Shown here in pieces: positions 1 through 9,809 of a stretch of DNA of 39,216 nt (position 1 is its first letter; each line of letters opens with the position of its first letter). Source of the stretch: a virus. Its lineage: Duplodnaviria; Caudoviricetes. The notes under the pieces were generated by a model. It saw only the letters and a list, made by a program, of their open reading frames with translations, was not told the DNA's origin and did not search any database. The DNA lies in the IMG/VR virus record IMGVR_UViG_3300032212_000062, positions 1-39,216 of that record. One strand, written 5' to 3'. The translations under genes and the position numbers were made by a program.

Positions 1-127
1 ATATAATAACTAAAGCAGTTGTTTACCTGATTGGTGGCCGGTTCTTATATCAAGATGTAGTAGCGAATTATATATGCTTTGCACCTCTAATATTAAGCTG
101 GCCTAATAGCTACGGTGAAGGCCGCAC
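1..127. repeat. Exact terminal direct repeat (copy 1), probable circular-assembly overlap
   Basis: 1-127 is identical to 39090-39216. The length matches a common assembler k-mer (127) and an ORF reads through the join. Confidence 0.9.
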
Positions 128-302
128 GATCACTGCACACATTAACGCTATCATTACAGCTAACCTTGCGAGCATTAAAGTAGGTGAACTACATGGCTTT
201 AACAGGTGGCGTGTAGGATTCTGTTTATTCTTGGCTAAGAGCCTGAATAAGGTTGATAAATTGCATATAAAGATATTATCAGAATTGGATGGATTTTTAT
301 AA
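1..302 (+). CDS. 3' part of a 155-aa membrane protein spanning the circular junction (starts at 38924)
   Basis: The frame from ATG 38924 stays open across the join (...GKDHIITKAVVYLIGG...ELDGFL*) and stops at TAA 300-302, overlapping the endolysin ATG (TAATG). Confidence 0.8.
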   Translation, partial: IITKAVVYLIGGRFLYQDVVANYICFAPLILSWPNSYGEGRTITAHINAIITANLASIKVGELHGFNRWRVGFCLFLAKSLNKVDKLHIKILSELDGFL

Positions 303-718
303 TGGGTGATCTAAGTAGAAGTTTATCAAGATATGAAATAGCTTGCCCTGATGGTTGTGGTGAAGATTCTCATGATCCAGAGCAAGTTGCTATTTTACAA
401 AAAACTGTTGATCATTTTCAAATTTTATATCCTGAGATGAATGTTGGAATACACATCACTTCTGGCAATAGATGCTATACATATAACTCTAATACAGAAG
501 GTGCATCTGATACTAGTAAGCATGTGAAAAATATGGCTGATGATTTCTTTCTCTATGATAAAGATACTGGAAATTATATTAATGGCAAAAGAATTCATGA
601 AGATGAAGTTGCTGATTATTTGGAGAAAGAATATCCAGATAAATATGGCATTGGTAGATATAATGGGCGTACACATTTAGATTGCAGGCCATGGAAAGCT
701 CGCTGGGATATGAGATAG
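302..718 (+). CDS. Endolysin, peptidase M15 (Zn D-Ala-D-Ala/L-Ala-D-Glu peptidase) family
   Basis: ITSGNRC..YN...GAS..SKH....ADD and GIGRY..RTHLD.R...ARW motifs of Peptidase_M15_3; flanked by membrane-protein genes. Confidence 0.88.
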   Translation: MGDLSRSLSRYEIACPDGCGEDSHDPEQVAILQKTVDHFQILYPEMNVGIHITSGNRCYTYNSNTEGASDTSKHVKNMADDFFLYDKDTGNYINGKRIHEDEVADYLEKEYPDKYGIGRYNGRTHLDCRPWKARWDMR

Positions 719-735
719 CAACTATGGGACTAACT

Positions 736-1005
736 ATGTCAATTGAAGAAAAAGAGCTTAAGAGAATAATTTCAGAAGTGATGAGTGAAAAAACACAAAA
801 GTGTGTGCTCAATGATGAGTCATATCAAACACATTATGATTATGTGAGGTTACAGATTGAAAAAGATAGGCGTCGCCAAGAGTTGTGGCAAAAATTTCGT
901 CTTTCATTTATTGGTTCTCTTGGTGTCTCTCTTGTCGGGGCTATGATTTGGGTTGGCAAAATAGTATTAGAGTCGATTAGTATAGGTGGGAGTCCACACT
1001 CATGA
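736..1005 (+). CDS. Small membrane protein with one C-terminal TM segment (holin/antiholin-like)
   Basis: Hydrophobic LSFIGSLGVSLVGAMIWVGKIVL segment within the lysis cluster. ATG 736 (or 724) is more plausible than the overlapping 682 start. Confidence 0.55.
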   Translation: MSIEEKELKRIISEVMSEKTQKCVLNDESYQTHYDYVRLQIEKDRRRQELWQKFRLSFIGSLGVSLVGAMIWVGKIVLESISIGGSPHS

Positions 1006-1424
1006 GTTGGGTTAGTAATGTCTTTTCTGCAGTTTTTGGGTCTACTGGAAATGGTAAAAGTAGTTTAGAAATTGCTGCTGATGTCTATGATAATAGAAAT
1101 CCTGGAGAGATAACAAAACATGAAATGAATATTGAAAATCTTCAGGCTGGTGATGCATCACAGAATGGTGCAAGGCAAATGAAGTTTCAAAGTCATGAAT
1201 CATGGTTTGATATTTTTGTAGATGGCATTAATCGTGCAGTTCGCCCTTTTATGACAATATGGGCTTTTGGTATTTTAGTTGGTTGGTGGGGAGAGCCTGA
1301 AGGTTTCTCTACAATGGACTTTATGACAAAGAATATAATATGGACTATAATAACATTCTGGTTTGGTTCAAGAATATTGTTTAAAGATATTCCAAATGTT
1401 ATCAAAACATTGAGAGGCAAATAA
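1002..1424 (+). CDS. Holin, GTA_holin_3TM-like
   Basis: FVDGINRAVRPFMTIW...IITFWFGSR matches the 3TM gene-transfer-agent holin pattern; ATGA overlap with the upstream gene. Confidence 0.75.
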   Translation: MSWVSNVFSAVFGSTGNGKSSLEIAADVYDNRNPGEITKHEMNIENLQAGDASQNGARQMKFQSHESWFDIFVDGINRAVRPFMTIWAFGILVGWWGEPEGFSTMDFMTKNIIWTIITFWFGSRILFKDIPNVIKTLRGK

Positions 1425-1981
1425 TGGCCATTGTAGATTATGGAACTTTAAAGACTGCATTTGCTACTTTATCAAAACGTGGTGATACTGTTAATTATGT
1501 AGACACATTGATGGGACTTGCTGAGAAGCGGATAGCAACTGACTTATTGACTCAAACTATGGAAGTTAATTATGAGCTTGTTTGCAATGCCAAATGGAAT
1601 GCTCTTCCTGCAGATGTAATAAAAATAACAAAAATAAATGATGAAGATGCAGATGTTGATGGCAAATTTGATTCATATGAAATAGTTGGTACAAATTTAA
1701 AGACATCTCCTGTATCTAGTGCTACAAATGTTGTTAATGTAAATATCAATTATTATGCAGAACCTGACACATTAGTTAATGATGCAGATTCTCATGCAAC
1801 ATTAGTTAAGCATTCAAATGTATACTTAGCTGCACTTATGTTGGAGTTTGCTATTTACAAAGAAGATGACAAAATGATAGGTAAGAGATTACCTTACTAT
1901 CAAGATGCAATTGAGCAAGCAAATACTATAGCTAATGAAGTTAAGTATCCAGGCGGCTCACTACAAGTGAGGAATATCTAA
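1424..1981 (+). CDS. Head-tail adaptor protein
   Basis: Y.TLK.A...N-terminus, LPAD and YLAAL.LE motifs typical of podovirus adaptors; first gene of the tail cluster. Confidence 0.65.
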   Translation: MAIVDYGTLKTAFATLSKRGDTVNYVDTLMGLAEKRIATDLLTQTMEVNYELVCNAKWNALPADVIKITKINDEDADVDGKFDSYEIVGTNLKTSPVSSATNVVNVNINYYAEPDTLVNDADSHATLVKHSNVYLAALMLEFAIYKEDDKMIGKRLPYYQDAIEQANTIANEVKYPGGSLQVRNI

Positions 1982-2958
1982 TGCCTTTAGAAGATTTAAC
2001 AGGTACTGGTAAATTTATAAGTGATCTTGACGTTACTAGCCCTGCTGGTGGTGAATCAAAAAGTGATGGTGATAATCACATTGCTGGTATCAAAAATGTT
2101 ATTCGCAATACGTTTATAAATATCACTGGGCAGATAACTGCAACACATCTTGAAATTAATAAAGTAGAAGGTGTTACTGGTGGCACTGCTTTAGCAAATA
2201 AAGCATTAGTTCTTGGTGCATCTAGAACTATAGATTATATAAATGTAACTACTCTTGCAATTGGTGGTACATCTTTGACAGTATCTGCAGCTACTCTAAA
2301 TGCAGTAAGTGGAACTAATACAGGTGATCAGACTACAATTACTGGAAATGCTGGTTCTGCTACTGTTTTGCAAACAGCCAGAGCTATAGGTGGTGTTTCT
2401 TTTAATGGCTCTGCTAATATTAACTTGCCTGGAGTTAATGCTGCAGGTAATCAATCAACATCAGGCAATGCAGCAACTGCTACTGTACTAGCAACAGCAA
2501 GAACCATAGGTGGTGTTAGTTTTAATGGCTCTTCCAATATCAACCTTCCAGGTGTTAATGCTGCTGGCAATCAAAATACTAGCGGTAATGCAGCAACAGC
2601 CACTACAGCCAGCAATATAACCGGCCAAGGCGCGTTGGCTACGCTTAATTCTGTAGGCGCAGGGCAGATAGATGCTAACGCTGCAACAGGGGATAAGATT
2701 AACACCACTGCTTTAGCTGATACAAGTATAAGTGTTGCTGCATTAGATTTTTGGTATCCACCTAAGGGTGTGTATGACTTTTATGAGACTAGCACCACAC
2801 CCTATCTTGATTTAGAAGTTAATTTTGCCGGTACTTGGAGAACTTATGGCAGATTACGGAATATAGCTTCTGTAGGTGTTTTTTGTGATGGTACAAATGT
2901 TCGAGTAAAAAACAATTATAGCGTAGTTGCACTAAATTGTCTTTATAGACGGTACTAG
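1981..2958 (+). CDS. Tail fibre / receptor-binding protein
   Basis: Podovirus fibre N-terminus (I.DL....P......GDNHI..IK.V...TF) followed by A/G/T/N-rich ATVL.TAR.IGGVSFNGS.NI.LPGVN repeats. Confidence 0.85.
   Translation: MPLEDLTGTGKFISDLDVTSPAGGESKSDGDNHIAGIKNVIRNTFINITGQITATHLEINKVEGVTGGTALANKALVLGASRTIDYINVTTLAIGGTSLTVSAATLNAVSGTNTGDQTTITGNAGSATVLQTARAIGGVSFNGSANINLPGVNAAGNQSTSGNAATATVLATARTIGGVSFNGSSNINLPGVNAAGNQNTSGNAATATTASNITGQGALATLNSVGAGQIDANAATGDKINTTALADTSISVAALDFWYPPKGVYDFYETSTTPYLDLEVNFAGTWRTYGRLRNIASVGVFCDGTNVRVKNNYSVVALNCLYRRY
2341..2610 (+). repeat. 120-bp (40-aa) tandem repeat in the tail fibre, about 2.2 copies
   Basis: Units start at 2341, 2461 and 2581 (TGNAGSATVLQTARAIGGVSFNGSANINLPGVNAAGNQST / SGNAATATVLATARTIGGVSFNGSSNINLPGVNAAGNQNT / SGNAATAT), differing mostly at synonymous sites. 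Confidence 0.9.
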
Positions 2959-3010
2959 TAAAACAAGAATGCACTGTATTTATAGTAACGTAATAAACTT
3001 AAGGAATAAC

Positions 3011-3196
3011 ATGAAATACTCAATACTAATAATCACAGCCTTACTACTATCAGGCTGCAACCAAACTAAAGAAGATACAGTCGCCTCTAAGTGCAGGCTT
3101 AATTTACCGATTGTTAAAGCAGAGTGTGAGGCTGCAGGTGTTTACAGTAAGCAAGGCGGCAGAATGAAAGGCTTGCCTGTTACTGATGACCTTTAG
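3011..3196 (+). CDS. Small lipoprotein (61 aa)
   Basis: AAGGA RBS then MKYSILIITALLLSG-C: signal peptide II with lipobox LSGC and two further Cys. Confidence 0.8.
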   Translation: MKYSILIITALLLSGCNQTKEDTVASKCRLNLPIVKAECEAAGVYSKQGGRMKGLPVTDDL

Positions 3197-3249
3197 TTGC
3201 ATAAAAGCAAAAGAGACAAAACAAATTTAAAGTTCACTAGAGATATAAG

Positions 3250-4785
3250 ATGTCAGAGCTAATACCAATAAAACTTTATGGTGTGAACAAGGACAAAGAG
3301 GCAAGCGAGCTTCCTCTTGATGTCTTTAGCAACATATCAAATATGCGTTTTAATGATGGTAATATTGAAAAGGTTAAAGGCTATACACAAGTATTTGGCA
3401 CACCTAGCATTGCGCCATTAAAATTACAGAACCTAACGACATCTATTGTCAATTATTGGATATATGCAGGTCTATCTTCAGTTTATGTTACTGATGGCTC
3501 TACACACACTGATATAACTCCTACTGCTACAATATCAACTACACTTGCAAATCGTTGGAATACAACATTCTTAAATGGTGTTCCTATACTAAACAATAAA
3601 AGTGAAGCACCAATATGGTGGAATGGGTCTCCTGCTTCACCAATGACTGCAATTCCAGGATGGATTTCAGGAGATATGTGTGATGTCATACGTTCATATA
3701 AAACATATTTGTTTGCGCTTGGAGTTACTGAATCTGGTATAAAGTATCCACATAAAATTAAATGGTCCAATGCTGCTAATCCAGGCTCTCTACCTTCAAG
3801 TTGGACTCCTTTGACCACTAATGATGCAGGTGATGCAAATATATCAGAGACTCCTGATCCAATTATAGATGGCTTAACACTTAGAGATATGTTTGTTCTC
3901 TATAAGCAGAATAGCACATATAGTATTAGATACACTGGTGGCAGATATGTATTTAAAATAGAATCTTTGTTTGGTAGCTTTGGTTGCCTAGCTGAAGGTT
4001 GTGTTGTAGAGTATGATCAGCAACATTGTGTATTGACAAGTAATGATTTAGTTCAACATGATGGCAATAGTTTTACATCTGTTATAGATGAAGAGTGGAG
4101 ATCATATCTATTTTCACAAATAAATAATGATGTAATAGATACATGCTTCTTACAACTTAAATATGATGATGATGAAATTTGGATTTGTTATCCTTCTGGA
4201 TCATCTATTATCCCAAATAAAGTTATTGTTTGGAACTATCGCGAAAAGAATTTTCATGAACGCGATCTGCCTGCTTGTTATGATATAAGTAGTGGTGTTG
4301 TTGCAAATAGTGCTGTTGCAGCAGATTGGGATTCTGATACAGATTCTTGGGATTCTGATACAACTGTATGGGATGAAAAATTATATTCTGCAACAAGTGA
4401 TAGTTTGCTTATTGCAGGATATTCTGATACTAAGATGTATCACTTAGATAATAGCTCTACATTTGATGGCAATCTATTTAGTCATTATGTTGAACGTGTA
4501 TCTATGCCATTAGTAAATAATACACACAATAAATTAATTTCAGCTTTGTGGCCAAATGTAGCAGGACCAAGCGGAACTGAAATAACAATACAAGTTGGTA
4601 GCCAACAAAAAGCATCTGAGCCAATTAGTTGGAGTCCATCTCAAACATTTATAATAGGAACTACTGATCACATTGATGCTATGATTGAAGGGAAATATAT
4701 ATCTGTAAAATTTAGTTCTACAACTAGCAATTCATGGAAGTTATATAATTTCATGCTTGATACTGAATTGATGGGAGTCCACTAA
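3250..4785 (+). CDS. Tail nozzle / DNA-stabilisation protein (P22 gp10-like)
   Basis: 511 aa, beta-rich, with IKWS...P..W, G...GCLA..CVV and W.YR motifs; lies between adaptor/fibre and the ejection genes. Confidence 0.7.
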   Translation: MSELIPIKLYGVNKDKEASELPLDVFSNISNMRFNDGNIEKVKGYTQVFGTPSIAPLKLQNLTTSIVNYWIYAGLSSVYVTDGSTHTDITPTATISTTLANRWNTTFLNGVPILNNKSEAPIWWNGSPASPMTAIPGWISGDMCDVIRSYKTYLFALGVTESGIKYPHKIKWSNAANPGSLPSSWTPLTTNDAGDANISETPDPIIDGLTLRDMFVLYKQNSTYSIRYTGGRYVFKIESLFGSFGCLAEGCVVEYDQQHCVLTSNDLVQHDGNSFTSVIDEEWRSYLFSQINNDVIDTCFLQLKYDDDEIWICYPSGSSIIPNKVIVWNYREKNFHERDLPACYDISSGVVANSAVAADWDSDTDSWDSDTTVWDEKLYSATSDSLLIAGYSDTKMYHLDNSSTFDGNLFSHYVERVSMPLVNNTHNKLISALWPNVAGPSGTEITIQVGSQQKASEPISWSPSQTFIIGTTDHIDAMIEGKYISVKFSSTTSNSWKLYNFMLDTELMGVH

Positions 4786-5033
4786 TGTATAAGCCTGAAC
4801 GTTTTGGAAATGGTGAACTTACTGATTTAGCAAGATTTGTAAATGAAGAATTGGCTAAGATTGGCGACTCTTTTCTTAATCTTGAAATTGACTCTTCTGA
4901 CTATCGAATATGGTATGAATTGCCACCTAGACCAAGTGAAGGTGCTGTTTGCTATATTGATTCTAGTGCAGATGCAACAATTACAACTACTGGGTTGCAT
5001 GAATATAGAGGTGGAGCATGGCAAAAATTGTAG
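4785..5033 (+). CDS. Small tail-associated protein
   Basis: 82 aa, coupled by TAATG overlap; ends GLHEYRGGAWQKL. Confidence 0.55.
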   Translation: MYKPERFGNGELTDLARFVNEELAKIGDSFLNLEIDSSDYRIWYELPPRPSEGAVCYIDSSADATITTTGLHEYRGGAWQKL

Positions 5034-5434
5034 CCATACATCCTGATGAATTGAACAAATGGTGGCCTTCTACGCAGCCATTAGTTGATAAGGCTTTGGA
5101 AAAAGGTCATGGTGAAATGGATTCTGATGATATCCATTCTATGATTGAAGATGGAGATTGTATATTAATTTTAGCTGTTGTTGGAGACAATGTTGCGGCT
5201 GCTATTGTAACAACTTTAGTTGCAAGACCTGCATTAAGAGAATTGATTATACTTACTGCTGGAGGGTGTGAATTAGATGAATGGCTTGATGAGGTTATGT
5301 TTATGTTTGATAAGCTGGCCAGAGAACAACAAGCGGAAATAATATCAATTCATGGTCGCAGAGGTTGGGTTGGCAAATTAAAAAAGTATGGCTATAATGA
5401 AGCATACACAACAGTTATAAAAGAGGTATTGTGA
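5018..5434 (+). CDS. Tail-assembly protein, acetyltransferase-like fold
   Basis: AGG.EL.EW...A......I.I.GRRGW..KL...GY motif seen in this position in podoviruses; GGAG RBS. Confidence 0.6.
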   Translation: MAKIVAIHPDELNKWWPSTQPLVDKALEKGHGEMDSDDIHSMIEDGDCILILAVVGDNVAAAIVTTLVARPALRELIILTAGGCELDEWLDEVMFMFDKLAREQQAEIISIHGRRGWVGKLKKYGYNEAYTTVIKEVL

Positions 5435-6342
5435 TGGTTAGTTTAGGTGGTGGTAAAAGTAGCGGAAGCTCTAGCAGTCAAGGACAAAGCACTTCATATT
5501 CAAATAGTAATGCTTCAAGCTTTGGCAATAGCATTAATGCTAGTGGTGGAGTTAGTTCATCAGGTCAAGAAATATGGGATGCACAATCTCCATATCTAAA
5601 TGATCTATATAAGTCAGGTTCTGAACTTACTGGTCAAGCAGGAGGAATAGCTCAGGATTATATTGACAAATATTCTGGCAATGTAGATTCTGCAATAACA
5701 GGTAGTGTAGATACTTCTTATCTTGACTCTATACGCAATGGTAGTAACTTAGGTATGCAAACTCTACAGAGTTCAATGAATCCTACTGGCAATCCATACC
5801 TTGAAGGTCAAATTAATAACATGCGCACCAATGCAGCTGACAATATGAATATTTTTGGAATGTCAGACAATCGCTCTAATGCAAATATGTCTGGTCAATT
5901 TGGAAGTTCACGTCAAGGCATAGATGATTACTTGCTTCGGAAGGAAACTATGAAGCAAGCTGGTGATCAAGAAAATGCTATGAGAATGAATGCATATGAT
6001 ACTGATCAAAATAGAGCAGTAGATGCTGCAGGAAATTATATCAATGCTGGCGTAAATGCAAACTCAGGAATGCAAGATCAATATGGCAATGTTATAAACA
6101 ATGTCAATTCAGGATACAATCTTAATATGAATCCTAATAATGCAAATTGGAATGAGCTTCAAAATCTATCTGGAATTGTTGGTGGCCCAACTACTCTAAA
6201 TAATTCAAATAGCTCCAGCTTTGGATATGGTAATTCTACTAGTGGCAGTAATAGTGTTGCAAATAGTGGCAGCCAATCAACTAATTCTAGCACTGGTAAG
6301 AATAGTGCTTGGAATGTTAGTGGCAGCTTTGGCCCTAAATAG
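5434..6342 (+). CDS. Internal virion / ejection protein 1
   Basis: GGGKSSG N-terminus, S/G/N/Q-rich, NPYL and GQFGSSRQG motifs; first of three large genes at the end of the late operon. Confidence 0.65.
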   Translation: MVSLGGGKSSGSSSSQGQSTSYSNSNASSFGNSINASGGVSSSGQEIWDAQSPYLNDLYKSGSELTGQAGGIAQDYIDKYSGNVDSAITGSVDTSYLDSIRNGSNLGMQTLQSSMNPTGNPYLEGQINNMRTNAADNMNIFGMSDNRSNANMSGQFGSSRQGIDDYLLRKETMKQAGDQENAMRMNAYDTDQNRAVDAAGNYINAGVNANSGMQDQYGNVINNVNSGYNLNMNPNNANWNELQNLSGIVGGPTTLNNSNSSSFGYGNSTSGSNSVANSGSQSTNSSTGKNSAWNVSGSFGPK

Positions 6343-6351
6343 GAGAATGTT

Positions 6352-7881
6352 ATGGAAGAATTAGGATTTTGGGATAGTCAATTTAAATATAAAAGAGATC
6401 AATATGCTGCAGCTAAGACTCGTGAGAGTCTAGGTTCTGAAGGATATGCAGATGCTAGTTTCAGAAGTGCTGAATTTGATGAAAATGGCAATGAGATAAA
6501 TGTTCGCACCAATAATGATACTGGGGCTTATGGTCTGCTAGCAGACAAGAACATTAATCCTAGTCGTATGCGCTTTGCTGCTGACCAAATGGAAGTTGGC
6601 AACACTTCTTTGGCCAATAACATTATAGCACAAGAAACAGGCAATGCACTTAATATTGATAATAGCAATAGAGATCAAGAAATCTTGAAAAAGAATGCTG
6701 CTGATATTACTAATATGATTATGGGACAACGTCCTTCATCAACTCCACAACAGCCTCGTTTCCCACAAATGGCTGGTGTACAACCTCAGCCGGTTCAAGC
6801 GGTTAATAATAGCGCGAATCCTACTCCCTTACCAAATCTCCCACAGTATAACGGGTTTAATCCTCCCGCTAATACTAACGGTAGCCCTCAGCCTATATCG
6901 CCTCTTAGAACGGCTCCTATTAAGCCAAATGATCCTATGATATCTACTCTTCCAACTGGTTATAACTTCCAGCCAGAGATGGATAGGAAGTCACAGGAAA
7001 GAAGTATAAATGCAAAATATCGTCAAGTTGCTTTAATGCCTGGTGCTAATCCTGCTGTTGTTGAAAATATGCGTAAGGCAGAGATAGATGCTCTATATGG
7101 CTCAAACAACACCAACCTTTATCGTACTTGGAAAGATGCACAAGCTGATGGATACAAAGGCTCTTTAGAAGAATGGAAGAAAGCTGGCAACAAGATAATG
7201 ACTGGTGATGGAACTGTTAAGATGCTTAGTCCTGAGCAGAAGACACAAATGGGTCTACTTGGTGCAAATGGACAACCTACTGATCAGCCTTTGTATGTTA
7301 CTTCTAAAGGTGATATCAAAGCTGCTCCTGTTAAGCCTGTTGATACATCAGAGCGTACATCTGAAGCATATTCTGCAATGATGGGTAATCTTACTCCTGA
7401 ACTTCAGGTACTTGCTCCAGTAACTGGATATGATATGGACTTGTTACGTCAAGAAGCATCTGAGATGCTTAATTGGTTACCTATGAATTTATCCAATGCT
7501 GTTAACTCTGGCAAAGGCCAGAAGCGGGAAGCTGCTCAGAATGCTTGGTTAAATGCTAATGGTCGTGACGAGTCTGGCGCCACCATCAAAGATGAAGAGA
7601 TGGACAAGTATCGTTCATACTACTTCACTAGATTAGGTGACAAGCCTGAGACAATTGCATTCAAAGCAACGCTACGCAAACAAGCAGTTGAAGGCATGAG
7701 AATGAAAGCAGGTAAGGCTTCTGGTTCTGCTGGCAATGCTATTGATCCATTAATTTCTGAATATAAGCTAATTGCTTCATCTAATAAGATTGTATATGAG
7801 AATCACGATGATAAATATATATATGGTCGAAACAAAGGTGGGCAATTAACTAGAGTGCCTATTCCAGCAGGAGATAAATAA
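6352..7881 (+). CDS. Internal virion / ejection protein 2
   Basis: AGGAG RBS; 509 aa with a P/Q/N-rich linker and an R.ESGATI..EE....YF...GD..ETI..K motif. Confidence 0.6.
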   Translation: MEELGFWDSQFKYKRDQYAAAKTRESLGSEGYADASFRSAEFDENGNEINVRTNNDTGAYGLLADKNINPSRMRFAADQMEVGNTSLANNIIAQETGNALNIDNSNRDQEILKKNAADITNMIMGQRPSSTPQQPRFPQMAGVQPQPVQAVNNSANPTPLPNLPQYNGFNPPANTNGSPQPISPLRTAPIKPNDPMISTLPTGYNFQPEMDRKSQERSINAKYRQVALMPGANPAVVENMRKAEIDALYGSNNTNLYRTWKDAQADGYKGSLEEWKKAGNKIMTGDGTVKMLSPEQKTQMGLLGANGQPTDQPLYVTSKGDIKAAPVKPVDTSERTSEAYSAMMGNLTPELQVLAPVTGYDMDLLRQEASEMLNWLPMNLSNAVNSGKGQKREAAQNAWLNANGRDESGATIKDEEMDKYRSYYFTRLGDKPETIAFKATLRKQAVEGMRMKAGKASGSAGNAIDPLISEYKLIASSNKIVYENHDDKYIYGRNKGGQLTRVPIPAGDK

Positions 7882-9779
7882 TGGCTGAAGTATATGATGA
7901 AGAAACCGGCAAGTGGATACCTGATGGAGATGCTCCTGCTCCTTTAGGTACTATCACTACAGGTGATACTAGACGTATTATTATGCCTAATGATTCAGGC
8001 AATGTCAAAGTTGGTGGCAATGTTATGAATAACATAAGAGGTTATATTGAGCCATATTTGCCAAAGTCTGAACCTAAGCCACCTACAGATAATTATGTAG
8101 ATAACTTCAGACAGAAGACTGCAGAGAATATGTCTTTTCCCGCTGCTATGGGCACAGGCATTATCAGTGAGCTTAAAGGTGTTGGCCAAGGACTCACTGA
8201 CCCTTTGCTTAATAGCATTGACTATGCAGCGGGCAATCCTGTAAATGTAGAAGATCGCAAGAAGTCACGTGCTCATGATAAGTCATATAATGACAGAGTG
8301 CAAAGTGAAAATCCTATTGCTTTTGGTGCAGGAGAAATAGCTCCTTGGATGATGATACCACAAGGTACATTTTCAAAGCCTATTGCTGCTGGTGTAAAAA
8401 CACTTACTGGCAATCCCATTTCAAAGAAAGCATCTAGACTATTATTTGATTCTGGTGAGAAGATACTTGCAAAGGATGGATTGAATAAATGGGCTTATAA
8501 AGGTGGTGATATACTTAAGTCACTAGGCGTTGGAGCTCAGAAAATACCAAGTGCTATTAGAAACAACTCTTTTGTTGATAATGTTGCAATGGGTGGTGTA
8601 GCTTCTTTTGCTCGTCCTGATCAAGATATAACAGAAGGTATGACAACTGCTGCATATGGAGACATGATATTCCGTGGTGGTGGCAAGTTGTTATCTAAAG
8701 CCAAAAGCTCACTTAATAAATTTGATCAGGGAGTTGTTGATTGGGCAGAGCGGAAACGATTCAAACTTATGCCTGGTGCTAAAACAGGGAATAAATATCT
8801 TCAACAGAAAGACCAAGCTCTTAGGACAAATCAAAATACTGCTGGTGGTTTTGATGCTTGGGATAAGCATAATACTGTTCAAGCTAATGGCATAATGTCT
8901 AAGTTGATAGGTGAGAAAACTACTGCTGATCTTGGTCCTGACTATATGGCTAGACAATATACTCGTATCGGTTCACGTATGGATGAATTAGCAAAAGGAA
9001 CAAAGCCAAGATTGACAAAAGAAACTTATACTGATCTTGAAGGTATTAAACAATCTTTTAATGATGTCTACAAAGAAGATAGCAAAGTGCTTAATGGATA
9101 TGTTAATGATATTGTAAATGCAATTGATGTAGATGGGAATATGACTGGTGAACGTTATCAGGAAATAACATCTAATCTAAATACATATGTATCAAATGGC
9201 TTAAAGACTAATGCTCCTGATGCTAGATTTGCTATGAAGATTAAAGGTGTTCTTGATGATATGGTTGAAGATGGAATGGGTGCCAATAAGTTGAAAGGTT
9301 GGAAGACTGCTAGACGCCAATACCGTATGCTCAACCTTGCACAAGACAATGCATTGGATGCTGGTAATGTTAGTCCTACTAAATTGTTCAATTATCTTAA
9401 CTCTAAAGAAAGGAAAATGTTTACTGGTGGAGCTAGAGAAAAACTTGATCCAGATATGAAAGATTTGCATAGTCTTGCAGATTATGGCAGGTTGTTACAA
9501 AAACAAGATGGATCATCACTTGGTGCTTCTGAGACTATCTCAAGAGTATTCAAGAACCCAGCTGCCGCTGCTATGGGCAGTTTCAATACTATGGTTAATC
9601 CATATACTCGTAATATTGGTCCACTTGATCAGGCTTTGATAAGCTTGTACAGAAGCGGATTTACTGCAACTCCACATATTCTACCAACTAGCTTCCCTAG
9701 ATTTGCTGCTAAGGCTGGGGCTGCTAATGCAGTATCTGGAGACAGAGGTGAGGAATATATACAGGAAGGAGATCAATAA
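7881..9779 (+). CDS. Internal virion / ejection protein 3
   Basis: 632 aa, A/G-rich and helical; last gene of the + strand operon. Confidence 0.6.
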   Translation: MAEVYDEETGKWIPDGDAPAPLGTITTGDTRRIIMPNDSGNVKVGGNVMNNIRGYIEPYLPKSEPKPPTDNYVDNFRQKTAENMSFPAAMGTGIISELKGVGQGLTDPLLNSIDYAAGNPVNVEDRKKSRAHDKSYNDRVQSENPIAFGAGEIAPWMMIPQGTFSKPIAAGVKTLTGNPISKKASRLLFDSGEKILAKDGLNKWAYKGGDILKSLGVGAQKIPSAIRNNSFVDNVAMGGVASFARPDQDITEGMTTAAYGDMIFRGGGKLLSKAKSSLNKFDQGVVDWAERKRFKLMPGAKTGNKYLQQKDQALRTNQNTAGGFDAWDKHNTVQANGIMSKLIGEKTTADLGPDYMARQYTRIGSRMDELAKGTKPRLTKETYTDLEGIKQSFNDVYKEDSKVLNGYVNDIVNAIDVDGNMTGERYQEITSNLNTYVSNGLKTNAPDARFAMKIKGVLDDMVEDGMGANKLKGWKTARRQYRMLNLAQDNALDAGNVSPTKLFNYLNSKERKMFTGGAREKLDPDMKDLHSLADYGRLLQKQDGSSLGASETISRVFKNPAAAAMGSFNTMVNPYTRNIGPLDQALISLYRSGFTATPHILPTSFPRFAAKAGAANAVSGDRGEEYIQEGDQ

Positions 9780-9806
9780 AATGAATGGAGGGCTTTCACC
9801 CCCATT
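9775..9806 (-). terminator. Intrinsic terminator between convergent operons
   Basis: Minus strand reads AAUGGGGGU-GAAA-GCCCUCCAUU followed by CAUUUUUA, directly after the ligase stop. Confidence 0.6.
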
Positions 9807-9809
9807 ATT

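Noticed and set aside
2341-2958. Diversity-generating retroelement or invertible tail-fibre switch
   Set aside because: The repeats are in-frame structural units differing at synonymous sites rather than at adenines, and no reverse transcriptase or invertase is encoded.
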